From Octopus sinensis (Eukaryota), in contig NC_042999.1 in NCBI RefSeq assembly GCF_006345805.1, positions 121,148,001 through 121,212,000 of the forward strand: DNA of 64,000 bases, read 5' to 3'. Positions 1 to 14,150 of the stretch are shown piece by piece. Position 1 is the stretch's first letter, and each line of letters starts with the position of its first letter. The position numbers and the translations under genes are program-made. The notes beneath the pieces were generated by a model. It ran no database searches. It saw only the letters and a list, made by a program, of their open reading frames with translations, and was not told the origin of the DNA.

Positions 1-127
1 CAAAAGAGACCGATAGAATAAGTACTAGGCTTACAAAGAATAAGTCCTGGGGTCGATTCGCTTGACTGAATGCGGTGCTCCAACATGGCCGCAGTCTAAT
101 GACTGAAACAAGTAAAAGAGTAAAAGA
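1..127 (+). mobile_element. SINE 3' portion (family B), cut by window edge
   Basis: AGTACTAGGCTTACAAAGAATAAGTCCTGGGGTCGAT...GGTGCTCC..CATGGCC.CAGTC..ATGACT.AAACAAGT recurs in reverse at 60175-60385. It ends in an AAAAGAGT tail. Confidence 0.75.
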
Positions 128-145
128 TGAACGCATATCGTGTAT

Positions 146-264
146 ACATATACATACATACATACATACATACATACATACACATACATACATACATAAT
201 ACACACATACATACACATACATACATAATACATACATACATACATACATACATACATACATACA

Positions 265-298
<34 letters not shown>

Positions 299-335
299 CA
301 TACACTTATGTACGTATGCATGTATGTATGTATGT
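146..335. repeat. (TACA)n microsatellite
   Basis: Direct reading; explains ORFs 31..342, 75..353 and 96..305. Confidence 0.95.
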
Positions 336-576
336 ATTCCAATATTCCAATAAAGAATCATATTAATTTTTCCTTCTTGTCAAATAATCACAGGCACTAC
401 ATATATTCATTCTTCACTCGTTTATTGTTGTTCCTATTTTATCCTATGTCCATTATCTGGAAATCTTTCGTCTGACATCTCTAACCTCTTCAGCGACTCT
501 TCCATACCATGTGTTTACTCCTGTTCTGTTTATCAGGAATCTTGCAAAACAAAATAATTTCATGTTCCCTCGAAAG

Positions 577-663
577 TTTAGTTATATAAAAAAATTTAGT
601 TTTATAAAAATTTAGTTATATAAAAAATTTAGTTACATAAAAAAATTTAGTTATATAAAAAAA
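577..663. repeat. Minisatellite, 5 units of 16-18 bp (TTTAGTTATATAAAAAA)
   Basis: Five tandem units with A-tract length variation and two substitutions. Confidence 0.85.
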
Positions 664-1135
664 TGCTTTACATCTATGCCCTAAATGGGAAAAGAAAAAC
701 TTCGTTTATCAACACATTATGAATTGCCCCAAATAATGGAGAAATCGGTCCTGATGAAAAGGTCTTGTCCGTCAGAGAAGACATGATCTGACGTGAAATA
801 TATTTAAATAAAAAGAATCAAAATAAAAGCATTCCATTGTGAGAATTGTCCGGCAATGATGACCTACTCAGCTAATACATACACCACATACATTTGTACT
901 CTCTACCAAAGTAATTTTTAAAAACCACCAGATACGGTATTAAAAGCTGTTAATGAAATTGGTAATGCGTATTTACAACAGTGTGATGAACCCATGCACT
1001 GGCAGAGTAACTCCTATCTATATGCTCTGGCTACTACTGTAAAAAAAGTACATGAATAATATTCAAGAAGAAAACAAAACTGAAATAACAAAGAAAGTAC
1101 TCTCATGGATTTTGAAGACAGAGAAAAAGATAACT

Positions 1136-1495
1136 GGTTGAGCTGGCAGAAACGTTAGCACGCCGGGCGAAATGCTTAGCAGTATTTCGTCTGCCGCTAC
1201 GTTCTGAGTTCAAATTCTGCCGAGGTTGACTTTGCCTTTCATCCTTTCGGGGTCGATTAAATAAGTACCAGTTACGCACTGGGGTCGATATAATCGACTT
1301 AATCCGTTTGTCTGTCCTTGTTTGTCCTCTCTGTGTAACCCCTTGTGAGTAGTAAAGAAATAGGTGTTTCGTCTGTCTTTACGTTCTGAGTTCAAATTCC
1401 GCCGAGGTCGACTTTGCCTTTCATCCTTTTTGGATCGATAAATTAAGTACCAGTTACGTACTGGGGTCGATCTAATCGACTGGCTTCCTCCCCAA
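1136..1495 (+). mobile_element. SINE family A: near-full copy (1136-1362) plus head-truncated tandem copy (1363-1495)
   Basis: tRNA-like head GAGCTGGCAGAAACGTTAGC...GTTCTGAGTTCAAATT and core GCCGAGGT(C/T)GACTTTGCCTTTCATCCTTT.GG.TCGAT..AAGTACCAGTT, shared with copies at 9266, 21571, 27300, 33195 and 48775. Confidence 0.85.
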
Positions 1496-1497
1496 GC

Positions 1498-2730
1498 CAT
1501 CGATGTGAAAACCCGAAAAATACTAACAAGCACACATAATTTCCACATAAACAGTGATGTAGACCGCCTTTACTTAAAATGAAAACAAGGCAGCAGAGGT
1601 TTAACATCGATCCAAAATGCCTTTGAATGTCGCATCATATCACTTCAGCAACATCTTTTAACCACCAAGTGTCGAAATACATCCCTTGACCAGGTTTGCA
1701 TACATGAGGCTAATAACATTATAATACTTGGAAGGCAGCTCCTTGAGCAACACTCTTTGTCTGATAACCGAGGATACATGCCCAATGAAGTCACTCGACT
1801 CTACCGCAACATATCATCAGATGAAAAGATGAACCTATATGAGCATAAAACTATACATGGATATGTTAGTAGAAAGCTCAGAGATGATAGTAACATCGAT
1901 CATCAAAGCAGTTATTCATGGCCCAATAGCCGGATTACTACCTCCCATTTTGAAGAGTATGCGTTTGCAATCCAGGAACAGGAAATATCAACCAAGTACC
2001 TGGTGCATAAAAGGGATAGAGATACAAGAGAAGCAGTAAAATGTGACAACCGATGCAGATTTCGGTTAACACGGGAGTTATCCTCCATATCATAATCAGT
2101 TGTCCGAAAATGTCATCACGGTATTATCTACCGATGGGACATGATGTTGTAGCTAGGACACTCTATAATGAAATCCATCGGAAGGATAATCCCAAGGACG
2201 AAGAAATAAGAACCCACAATATGGTAGAAGCCATAACCACTCATAAAAAAGGAGTACTGGTCGAATGTCCCAGTGAAGACCTCAATAAAATGTAAGCACA
2301 ACAGGCCAGATATAATGATTTGGGATAGAGAAGAGAAACTGCAAGTTGTAGAAATAAGCTGCCCAGCAGATGTTAACATAAAGCTCAAGAGAACACCTAC
2401 GCTGGACTGTTGAGAAATCTGCAGTTACTCTATCCACATTACAAGTTCAGGTTTATACCTGTAATTATTGGGGTCCTGGGATATGTAACACACTGCCTAA
2501 ATACCAATCTTAAAACATTAGGCTTCTCAAAACAAGAAAGGAGAAAGCTAATTCAAAGACTACAGATCTAATCCATCACTGGAACTGTTAAAATCTGTAA
2601 AACTTTGCAGAGGTTTATCATTTAGATATTTATGATATGCATGTCTAGATATGCAACCATATGCATGAGAATACATACATAAAGCAAAACATACAAATTT
2701 GCACATAGACATACATACATACATACATAC
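1498..2730 (+). mobile_element. 5'-truncated non-LTR retrotransposon with restriction-like endonuclease (R4/Dong-like), degenerate
   Basis: Broken frames give IDVKTRK..SDVDRLY (post-RT), FAIQEQEISTKY, a CxxC..C....HD knuckle (CRF..SCPKMSSRYYLPMGHD), HNRPDIMIWD..VEISCPAD (RLE PD-E motif) and FIPVIIGVLG. A (CATA)n run follows at about 2710-2730. Confidence 0.8.
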
Positions 2731-5159
2731 AAGATGATGGAATGACTAGGCTTTATTACAAATCAGAATTGTTTTTGTGCATTAGTATCGGCAGGTAATT
2801 GCTGAATTTTTCACATATTATGTATATATATTATATCATCGCTGGTATTGACAAAACACCTTCTCTCAAAAATTACTGGCCTTGTGCCTAAATTGGTAAC
2901 AAACGTCATAAAGAATGCCGAACTGCAACAAGATATACTGATGAACCAAGAAATTATTTTCAGTTACTTATGAGAATAGTGGAATATAAAGTTTATTTGG
3001 CTTTTATAAATTGTAATGGTTTCATTTTGGCTTTGGGGAAGAGACATACCTAATATCTGTTTTGACGCCGATTCTTGTTTCATATGATATACTGTTGTAA
3101 CTGAATGAACTCCAATATTTGATTGGATTTAAGAATTCACATTTCTACTTTTGTTTGATATGTTGCTATAGCACTTGATTTCGTATCAGTTTTTGTTTTT
3201 CCTTTTTTCTTTTACTTCGTTTCATGCACACAAGTACAAAAGCACTAAATTTGTGTGTATACGCGTGGATGTGTACATGCAAATATGTGTGCATTTACTA
3301 TAATTGTGCGTGCGCGTATGTGGATTCATACGTGTATGAATTCATATGTGTGGGGGGAGGAGAGAGAGAGAGACAGTGAGAGAGAAAGTAAGAAACTCAC
3401 GAAGCTCTTCGTAAATCACGTAGTCCACGCTTAACACAATGCTAAAATTCTATTGTGTTAAAGGGAGAGAGAGCTTTCAAAAATTTGGCAGAAATCTAGT
3501 TTAAATAGAAAAACAAAAGGTGATGTAAATAACCGTATCAGTTGCTTAAGCTATAAAACTAGATATTCGGTTGAAGTTAATCCCCTCCACTTATGCCACC
3601 AATATCATTCAGAAAAGTATTTACGCTACACAATATTTTCTTTTCCAATTCATTTGTGGCCCTGCGCCTAAGAGTGTATTTCGCCTTATTAGAATAATTG
3701 ATAAAATGTCTGTTAAGTGACTTATTGTGTAGGAATATTGAAATACAATATATAGGTTTCAATTTGCAATGAAGTTTTATTTTGATGCCGATAATGATCT
3801 ATGGAAAAGAGAACTTGCAAATTACATTAGTTTCTTTTGTTAGAGTTTACATTTTAATGCCATAATGGCTATCATATTTTGTTGTTGAGTCTTTTTATAT
3901 ATATATATATATATATATTAGTAAATTTATATCTCACATTTATTCAATAAACAGAATTGTATATTTGCTTCCATTGAAAGGAAGACATCTATTACAAACT
4001 TGTGTTGTATATGAGTCAATGTCTGTATTTTGTAAAAGCACTTTGTTTCTGTATACCTTCAGGGTATATGTGAAGAGAAATTCTTCCCTTTGAAGAGAGA
4101 TTACAAAAAGAGTAATAAATTTCAAATACCATTTCAATAATGATTATTTGTAAATTTATAATAACTATTAGTGTACATTTTCGGCAGTTTATTATTGTCG
4201 CTGCTGTAGTTGTTTTTGTTGTTGTTGTTCATGGTCTTAAAATATTTTGATGGTTAAAAATCCGATATATCTATTGATTTGTGATCTTGTGCTCTGATTC
4301 AATATGAAGGCCTCTATTCCCCTAATCAATTCCTATAAGTAATAGGAAGTATTGCTCTTATCTTAAACTATAATCTCTCAGCGTGCCAATTAACCGTATT
4401 CTATCAGTGAAAGAAATATTTAATTCTCCTTGGCCCAAGTACGAAGCTGTAAATGGATTCAAGTGAAAGATAAATCTCTTTGCCTTACATACAGAGGTAT
4501 TTTGCATAACTGACAAATGCTCCGTTAATTTACAGACATAGTTATCTATATCTGTCTGAATACCTTTATCTATAGATATCGCTTCTAAACACATATAACC
4601 CTTAATATACTTTATAAGATTAACATTATCAGAGTTACGCAGAAACCATCATTATTAAGCATACTAGCACGGTCAATTTTTGTGGTACAGTGTCAGCCAT
4701 AAACATATATCCCCTGTCGGTAATAATATCCTGTCATTTTCTTCATAATGCTTCGATGAATTTCTTGCCACTTATTTAAAAGTACTGCATTGATTTAGTA
4801 AATAAGTATACTGCACTTTGATCATAACGGGAATGAGATATGAGCCGTAATATTTATGATTTTTTTTATTATTGTCAGGGAAGGTATCGGTTTCTATTTG
4901 TCACTGTATCTTTAATACTTTTATCATACATTACGGATTGAAATACATATACACGACGAAATACTGGAACATTAATTATGCAATAAATCTGATGCATGTA
5001 CAATTTATAATACATAAATAATGTAGTAGAAAATAAATAAAACGAATTAAATGAACAACTTATACACAAGAAACGATTTTAAAAGACATTGATTGTTATA
5101 TAAAATAGCAGAAATTTCTTGTCTCAATGTTAAGCATTGCCAATCGTTTCATTGAGTAT

Positions 5160-5197
5160 ATATATGTATTTCCATGTGTGCGTGCGTGCGTGCGTGC

Positions 5198-5249
<52 letters not shown>

Positions 5250-5300
5250 TTGTGTTTTCGCTTTGTTGAATGTTCCGTATGTGTGAGTGTATATATGTAT
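5160..5300. repeat. Compound (GCGT)n/(GT)n microsatellite
   Basis: Direct reading; explains ORFs 5096-5467. Confidence 0.9.
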
Positions 5301-5675
5301 ATGTGTCCGTGTGTGTATTTGTATTTGCATTTGTTTTGGGTTCCAAGTATAAAAAGTTGCAACGATATTTAGACTCAAACACGTACATAACTGCTCACCA
5401 TAGCAAACAGAATGTTACACGCGCGCGCGCAGGCACGCAAGCATGCACGCCTACACCACAACCATAATAGCCAACGCCACTGTTTCTGTCACCAATCAGC
5501 ACCATAACAATCAATAGTTTCTTGCATACTATTTAACTTACTTCCCTCAGCGTTATGGATATTATGTAACTATCCACCTATTTTCTATCTACACACTACT
5601 AACGATAGATTCCTGCTGTGTAAAAATGTCACGCTGAGGAAAGAAGGTAGTAAAAATGTATGTGCAAGAGAGAGC

Positions 5676-5717
<42 letters not shown>

Positions 5718-6689
5718 TAGAGCGTGAGTGAGATTCAAATGAACGCTACTGGTACACACGGCTACACTCACACACGCACGCACACAAATGCACACAGAGG
5801 CGATAATTAGCTGTGTGGGGGCGGATAGCGGGAGTATTAGTATATGTGCTCCCATTATCAGCATTGGTATATGTGTGTGCACATACACATACCAATACCG
5901 CTTGGTTGACTTCTTTTATTTCTCTCTTTCTATTTCTCTCTTTCTCATGTACACATGCATACACACATACACACACACTATTTACCTGACGCTTGAACGT
6001 ATTTTTCGTGGGGCAAATTATTGTCGTGGGGATTGACTATCTATCTATCTATCTTATCATATGTATCGAATCACGAGAAGCAGAAGAAGATACAGAGAAA
6101 GGTTGGAGCAAGAGCAAAGAAAAGGGGGAAATAGTTAGGTATGATGAGATAAGTGTCAGGAACGGAAAGAAGTGATAATTCAGGAACGATAATTCAAACG
6201 TAAAGAATTAAATTAATGCAAAGAGTGGAGCAAGAGGATGTACAGCAAACGACGAAGCTGAAGCTGATAGGGAAAGAATGAGAATTGTTAATCAAAAAGG
6301 TAACATATGAACGATGATAATAGGCCCCAATATTTTGCACAGGCCAGAACGAGAGAGGCTAGAAGAGAAAAATCTGACCGAAGAAAAATTTCCTAGAAAT
6401 TTATCAAAGGATTATGAAAGAAATAGTAAGATATTAAGACCAACTAGATGTTTATGGGCCGTGGAATTTCTACGAGTACGGCCAGTAGATCATTTACCTC
6501 CAGAGAGTGGGAAATATATCTAAGAATTGCTTTTGGCGCCCTTTCCAAAAGGAGATTAATTTTCTACCATTTTTTATCCGGTGCTCTTAAAAACATTTTA
6601 AGCATTATCGTATTTCATTATGCAAGTACCTTTAAAAAATGTTATGATTTTATAATTTTCTCAACCTCTGACGTATATAAAAGTGTTAC

Positions 6690-6917
6690 TGGTGACCGGT
6701 AATAAAGTCACAGGAAAAAAGTCACAGTAATAAAGTCACAATTTTGGCTAGGAAAAAGTCACAATTAATTTATGGTGGCCAGTAATAAAGACACAGGAAA
6801 AAAGTCACAATTAATTTATGGGATCCGGACAAAACCCCTCTAGAACAAAACTCCCACGGACAACTCCTCCCCCGAACAATCCCTCCCCCGAACAAAACCC
6901 TGTGACTTTTTGTACCT
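6690..6917. mobile_element. Subterminal-repeat array of a non-autonomous DNA transposon (Mutator-like, tentative)
   Basis: AAAGTCACA occurs 5 times plus one AAAGACACA, with an inverted TGTGACTTTT at about 6901. About five (G/C)GACAA/GAACAA..CCCC units are nested inside. Confidence 0.55.
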
Positions 6918-7260
6918 GTGTTTATTTTTTACCTGGATTCAGTGTTACTAGAGGCGAAAGGTGTTGTAGTTAAAGACCAGAATATCGAACACAATTTTAT
7001 GAAAGCTATCGGGAAAATATTTGAACAGTGCATTACTCCATTACTTTTGTGTAATTCACATATAAGCTGCCTTTTAGTATTGGAGACATTTTATGCGTTA
7101 ACTAGGTGAGAAGAGGACACCTAAATAAATTTTTTAAAAATTGAACAAAATACAGTACACGAAAATAAATGTCATCAGCATCACACAATGACTTACTCAA
7201 CTAAAAGGATGTTCATTCATAACAGTTTGTAACCATTTTATCCATTGAAATTATGTGGCA
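6918..7260 (+). mobile_element. Possible MULE transposase relic
   Basis: NIEHNFMKAIGKIFEQCITPLLLCNSH resembles the MULE DFE.A..A...F...CxxH region and sits next to the subterminal array. Motif-level resemblance only. Confidence 0.3.
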
Positions 7261-9265
7261 GGTTAAAATGACCTGGTCTTTATCAGACACCAACATATAA
7301 AGCAGCAAAAAATGCGACTCGTCTGAATATATTTGAAATGTATCGAATTCTCAAATAGCTTCTAGTCTTCAGTTTTCTTATTTTTATATATATTTAGTAG
7401 TTTTGTTTGTTCTTTTTTTTTTGCCTGTTTCCAGTCGCTGATAAAACGTTTGCCAGTTTTCCTTCTGTTTTACTTTTCTTCTTTTTTTTATTGATTGTTT
7501 AGTATTTGACAAATGAAGCTCAACGAACATACTTCAAACCAGATAGATGAAAAGTTTCCTATCCGGCTTACTATCACCTAAACCATTTCTATCAGTCTGT
7601 CGTAGAATATATTGAAATAATTAAATACTTCTTATTTCGAAGTAATTATTAAAACAGTTACAAGAGCAAAGTTACTCATGAGTTGACTGACGACTGATAA
7701 TCTTTATTTCCTTTTAAGCTAAAATTAAAGAATATATTGTTAATTTTACTTTAAGACAAAACTATTCAAAATGTAAAAACAAAAGCACTTCTCTTTGAAA
7801 ATACGTATTCTGTTGATAATGTTATCTCTTCAATTCCAAGTAGAAATTTGTAATGATGCCAAAATGTGAAAAACTGTATTGGTCTATATAACATGTGTAT
7901 AGAAACGTGGACTGACACTGGCGGTAGTATTTTGTCTCAGAGAAATCTCCGAAATAGACGTGTATGTTAAAATACATAGAGTATCGCTCAGAATGCCGGT
8001 AGATTACCTGACACGGTGTTTCGACTTAATTTGGTCCCCTCGGTTTCGGATACTCTGGACGTTCTGAGTTAAGCCGAAAATGTTTGTTGTGATCTAGAAA
8101 TTGGTAAGCAGAAATGTATTGACTTGTGTGAAAGCTAGACAGATTATATACAAATATGAAACGGTCTTTAAACATTATTTTTCGTGATCCACCTGAGTGA
8201 AGTCTTGTGTTTTTAACACAAGAGTCTCTTTGGGAAGTTTCACTGACACAAATTATAACAGCTCGTTCCGTTCCACATTTTCATACGTTTTATTAATGTT
8301 ATACCCTCCGACATTATAATCTAGGGCTCTTGTGAATTCATATATTTAAAAATGTAAAATTTTTTAGATTTAGGTTTCCTGAGAGAATGTAACATTTCGT
8401 TAGATACTGTCATATTTAAGAATTCCTGTTACAACACATTACTGCTAAGAAATTAACAGCTTAAATATAGTATATTTGTGATATATGAATTGAACATAAT
8501 TTTGCTTCTGCCTAATGTTACCTACCTCAGGTAGATGTTAAAACGAGACCCTTGATACATTAGAATTCAATATTTAGTGACCTTCAGCGGTTTTATTTCA
8601 AGCTCAAAACCGAAAAGCGCCTTTTTAATATTATCGCATAATCCTAACAATGTACACTCAGTGAAAGCACTTAAGTTGTAAGCTGCTTCTGTAGATGTTT
8701 AATTTTGTCGCAGTTATGTACATCAATAAAGACATCGCATCTAGAATATTCTGTTAATCCAACATACAAAACACGATTTCTATTACTTGATCTATTCTCT
8801 TTTTAGAATATATATATACAGATTACCTCCATATCACAAAAAGGTAAACAAATAATAATAAACCTAATAGATAAATTTATAATATGTAATAACAGATCTA
8901 TATTTTACTATTTGAACACTATGAAATATTAAAGTAGAAGGCATTGAATATTTTGCATAAAGCACATATTTCTATCCAAATAAGGTAAAATAAATCTACA
9001 TCAAGTAACCAGTTGTGATAGTTTACTAAGTTAACGTCTGGAGAACTGGGTTCAAACAATAGCATTATCAAGTAACAGGTCTGTTTGCATATGAATGAAT
9101 TGATTCTTCTCAGTTTGTAGTGTAGCACTTAGAAAATAAGAAATCCTCAACGGATGTTGTCAATCTCAAGAGTACGTATTGTAAGTATGCTGGTCTTAAG
9201 GGGATTTACTGGACGGCACTGCCCTCTTACTATTCAATGGTACACCCTCAGATTTACAGCGATAC

Positions 9266-9500
9266 AAGGCGGCGAGCTGGCAGAAACGTTAGCACGCCGG
9301 ACGAAATGCGTAGCCGTATTTCGTCTGCTGTTACGTTCTGAGTTCAAATTCCGCCAAGGTCGACTTTGCCTTTCATCCTTTCGGGGTCGATTAAATAAGT
9401 ACCAGTTACGCACTGATGTCGATGTAATCGACTTAATCTCTTTGTCTGTCCTTGTTTGTCCCCTCTATATTTAGCCCCTTGTAGGCAATAAAGAAATAAG
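9266..9500 (+). mobile_element. SINE family A, full length
   Basis: High similarity to 1136-1362 over its whole length. Confidence 0.85.
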
Positions 9501-10972
9501 ATTTACAGTGATACATTTATTTCGAAACCCCACTTTAGCATTATTACAAATTAGTGCCCACCCAAAACGTTCTGAAGCATCCCCAGGCACCAAAGTCTGG
9601 GGACGAGCCCTGGTTGTACGGCTGCAAAACAAACATTACATACCAAAGTCACAATACACGTTAGATGTTGTTTCTTCCATACTGAGAAAAAGCTTGAGAC
9701 AGAACTCAGTCGAAAATTCAGTCCTTAGTTTTTTGGGGCCCCACCCCAGTATTTTCAGTATTTCCCTCTAAACATGCTGCCTGTATTCACAACGCTAATA
9801 ATATTCATAATATTCATTATAGTATTTATGTTTATCTATTTATTCATGTAGCTGTCAGCATGTAAGTGTGTACTAGACTATTATCCGTTATATAACAAAT
9901 AACTTTGAAAGTATACGTGGATGTGAACCTTCTTTTGAAACTGTTTCGTTCGACGGATCTGTCCGTTGCTTCATTGTATTTATTGTTTATATGGGTAACT
10001 TCTGTATGCAAGTAACCTTGGTAATGTAACATCAAATGAAAACATACAGGCCTGGGTAGTTAAGGGAGTGATTTCTTGAGCACTTGACTTGATTTCCTAT
10101 ACATTTTCATGTATTTCATATATTGTTCTCACCGGACACGCTGGAAGCTGTTTTAGCAATGTGGCGGATATTTTTCCTCTTGCATCAAACCTTGTTAAAA
10201 TATCAAATTTAGTATCCAGTATAATTCTTTAAACCTTACTTTTTGCACTACTACTTACATTTTTTTTTTCGTGGCTTCACACCAGACACCTAGTTAATAT
10301 CTAGCAGGAAAGGTGAAGTGAGAGGATGTGCAGTATGATTACGGTTACTTGAAGTGTTTCCAGGTATGCAGTCAACTCTGATTTGAGCTATAAAAACTAC
10401 ACACTCTATATTTTCTCACTCTCTTTCTCCATCTCACTCACTCATACACACCACACACACACACGGTTGTGTCGTCTCGTCATAAGTAGTTACAGCCATT
10501 ATTATCATGTTGATAATATCATTGTGTGTTACTGGCTAGTTATTAAACGCTGGTGGATTGGTAGCAGTGGTGTTGTTGGTTGTATTGGTTTTGATGTTGA
10601 TAATGTTGATGACTGTGTAGGTATTCTTCGTGGCGGCGGTGATCATATTGCTCTTGTTAATTGTATTGTTCTTAATATTTAGTTTCAAGTCAATCCTTGT
10701 TAGCCTAATATAAAAGTCTTTTCATTCAACGTTTAAAATACACTACAGGACCATATCACATGTGATCATGCTTTCTGATGATGTTGCTCGTCTTGTTCAT
10801 ATTATTGTTGCTGTTGTTAGTCATTAAGGAGTAGGGCGTATAATGGCAGTGGTTGTATTGGTGTTGGTGTTCATGGTGGTAGTGGTGGTGGTGGTGTTGA
10901 AGGTTGATGATATATATATATATATATATCAGTGTGTGTATGTATATGTCGCATATGTATGTGTTTGCTTAG

Positions 10973-11003
<31 letters not shown>

Positions 11004-12540
11004 TTTCAGTATAAGTTATTTAGTTGATTCGAAGGAGTTCTGCTTTGTGCAGAGTTATTTCACATAGTTTCCTTCATTGTTCAGATTCGCATGCTCATTT
11101 GAAATCAATATCCCACTCATAAAAATAGAAATCAATAATAATACATATGATTTTCAATTGCTGTGTCCATATATTTGATAATATATTAGAGAATTGCGCA
11201 CACGCGCACACGCATTGCTTTTGCATAAATCATTTCATGATGCACCTGGTCACATGGTCAGTAATGCTTTCTGGGTTCGTTGAGTGTTTTGGCTCTTTCA
11301 CCTATCGGTCAATGTCATCCAAGCAACTTAGTCAAGGTTGATCTAACCCCTACTTCCAAGGTTTTCACCTCCTGAATCACAGTCACCTTGAAGCAATCTC
11401 TGCTGCCTCCATTGCCAACTTAGTGACAGTTCCTGAAAATTTAGCTGCTTCCTAAAGTAATTTTCACCTTCCAGCCTTGTGCCATAGCTAGCGGGATCAG
11501 CAGGGTGGCCCAGGTAACCGGCGTCATCTTCACACTGACCTTGACAAAAGCCAGAGTCTTCGACTTTTTCTTTTATGATTTACAAACCTTCAGCACACCT
11601 CTGCTGCCCCACTTTCGGTATTCTTCACAGACTATGCAAGTATTCGCACGCGAGTGCGTGCGCGCGTGCGTTCGTGTCTGTGTGTGTGCGCGCACACGTG
11701 TGGAGTATCTGTATGTAAGTGTATCATTGTTCACTTTTATATCAAGATTTCTTACCAATAGAGAAAGAGCCGGTTTCTAACCTAGATCCAAGGCTCCCTC
11801 ATTGGAATTTCAACATGAAAAACAGGGTATTTTTGTTTGTATGTATGTATGTATGTATGCATGTATGTATGTGTGTATAATGTATGTATGTGTGTATAAT
11901 GTATGTATATGTACATATGTGTGTGTATCCGTGTTTCGTGCGTGTTGAAACCAATCATAAATATATGATCACATCCCTATTTTGATAATGATCCGTTGGT
12001 TACTATATATAGTGTTCATATATGTAAAAACATACGTGTAAGAAATATATACACACCAAATGCAAATACATGTGCAAAAAAATGAGTCTCAAACTTTTTA
12101 TCTCTCCCAATATTATTTATACTACAAGTTGTGTACGTGTTTGCGTGCGTGTGCATACGTGCGTGCATGTATGTATGCGTGAGTACGTACGTGTGTGTAT
12201 GTATGTGCGTATGTCTGTGCGTTTGTGTGAGCGTGATATGTGAGTAAAATTAGAGAAATTTGGTTACGTTTTTATATATTTCTGATGTTCATTCATTGAG
12301 AATGCAGTAACATGTTTTCTCAACGAATATTAAATCCATGTTAATAAATAATCAATTGCTTTTTCTTATTATACGTCTCCAGTCGATAGTGCAAAGAATT
12401 ATGATCATCGTTTTGGTTTTATTTATTACCAAGAGAGTTGAAACTCAATAGATGAATGAATGTCATACTGAAACTGAGAAGGGTTATATTCTAGATGTAG
12501 CTGTCTCAGTACGTATGCACCTACTACTGAAAAGCCTAGT

Positions 12541-12687
12541 ACTCTCATGGGCAAACTGCGGCCCGCGAGGCTTTCCGAATGGCACGCATAACGGGAAATT
12601 ATTTAAAAATCTTTTGATCAGTGCAGTTTGCCTGATGATGAGCCGTCTCTCATGCGGCCCGCTTCTCGAAAAGTTTTCCCATGCCTG
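12541..12687. mobile_element. hAT (Charlie-like) MITE
   Basis: Terminal inverted repeats CATGGGCAAACT / AGTTTTCCCATG(CCTG), with internal TGCGGCCCGC near both ends, as in hAT-Charlie non-autonomous elements. Confidence 0.65.
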
Positions 12688-13399
12688 GTCTAATCAATCC
12701 AGTTGAGGTTACAACTGTTTTTCACTTGTGATACGAATAACAAAATAACTAACTTGAGCAAGTATAAATCTACTTGCAGGCCTTCTCCGCGTTACGAAAT
12801 CCAGCATTTATTAAGCCAAAGAGCAGCAACCTGAAAATATTTTCTCATGCATTTCTTTGTCATAAATGAAGATGCGTTCCGATTAAAGAAAAGTGAACGT
12901 GATTTTTATGTATAAATATATATGTCTTTAAATCTTTATGAGATCCTACCAACTCAATCACATTCTTTAAATCCTATATTATTCTCCAGGATCACAATAC
13001 CTTGCTGAACTTGACGTAGACTCTCTGCCGTTGAAAATCATGTAAAATCATGAATATTGTCTAAGCATAGATTTTCCCAATCCCTATTCATACCTGAGAG
13101 TTTCACTTCATCCCTTCACTTGGTTTTATTACCGCAGCAGTCATAACGAGGAACTTTTTACAGATATCTATAACTGTAAAATTTAATTTTCTCATCAAAT
13201 GTTTTTTGTGGTTTTTTAAAAGTTTTTACTGATAATATGCTTTGACGTTATTTGATATAAATTGGTTTATTGGCTTAAAATAAGTTACATTCTTGAGATA
13301 CACACACGCATATATATTGATAGAAATGGTAAGACATCAAAAGAATGAAAGAGACCTCGATATTATGTAAATAGAGGAATTTATCTGTAATTATTCGGT

Positions 13400-14150
13400 A
13401 GCCATGATAAAATATATATACCACTTTCGCGTTATCAGAAAAAATCATCTAAAGTAGCAAAGCTTTATTAGAAATACAATACCTATTACAGTATCTTCCT
13501 ACAGCTGGAAAAAGTTAATGGTTGTAAACTAGCCTTGAAAAAGACTTCTAGATGCCTTCCTATTTAAACGTTATATTACTGGTAGTTAAAACGATGTATA
13601 GCTATTGGAAACCCTTTGATATTCGAAGTGATATTCAATGGCTTTAATTCCATATCAGCTGATAATATTTCCTCCAACGAAAAGTATCAAACGAGTTTTA
13701 GAAGCTTTAAAGCCTCTTGTTTTCGTTTCTTCCGCTCTAGAAATAAGTCCTAGTTGACATACGTTCCCCTAAATTTCACTTTTATCAATAGACTGTACTT
13801 GTACTGGTATATAGCCTCCTTCAACAATATTTTTTTAAAACTCATGATAAGAAGTAGCAGCATCTGTTTCATCTCAACCAATGTCTCTGGTCATTTTAAA
13901 ATTATGCAAATTAAGGTACATCTTAAACGTTCAAAATCAGCCTTTTCATGCAAGAAAATACTTTGCATCAAAAGTTACATCTTTTATTTCAAGTAAACCA
14001 TTCAGAAATTGTTCCCGTTGTAGACGTTGGCATCTTCAGTCTTTTACACAACATCGTAAAACATCAAGTATAACGTCCAACCTAATGTCTTAACGATACA
14101 GTTTCTTACTAATAATTTCTCTTCTACTCATTGGTCGCTTTCCAAAAATA
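13400..14150 (-). mobile_element. Heavily decayed transposase relic (MULE-like, tentative)
   Basis: Stop-riddled minus frames give GTYV.., MELKPLNITS..., resembling MULE G.Y.P and L.P..I..DFE segments. Weak. Confidence 0.25.

Noticed and set aside
31-353. ORFs of MYVC/HTYI repeats (also 5096-5467, 27642-28018, 29046-29561, 35855-36098, 52205-52431, 53953-54341)
   Set aside because: These are translations of microsatellites, with no splice or codon support.
745-830. CTGATGA...GAAA with a CGTCAGA/TCTGACG hairpin, hammerhead-like
   Set aside because: Spacing is too long and stems I and III could not be formed convincingly.
6270-6560. Purine-rich ORFs 6314..6523 and 6448..6702, possibly an RTE C-terminal relic
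   Set aside because: Only a vague resemblance, with no diagnostic motif.
11340-11640. GC-richer minus-strand stretch with protein-like frames (LAFVKVSVKMTPVTW...)
   Set aside because: It has internal stops and I cannot recognise a family. It needs a BLASTx search.
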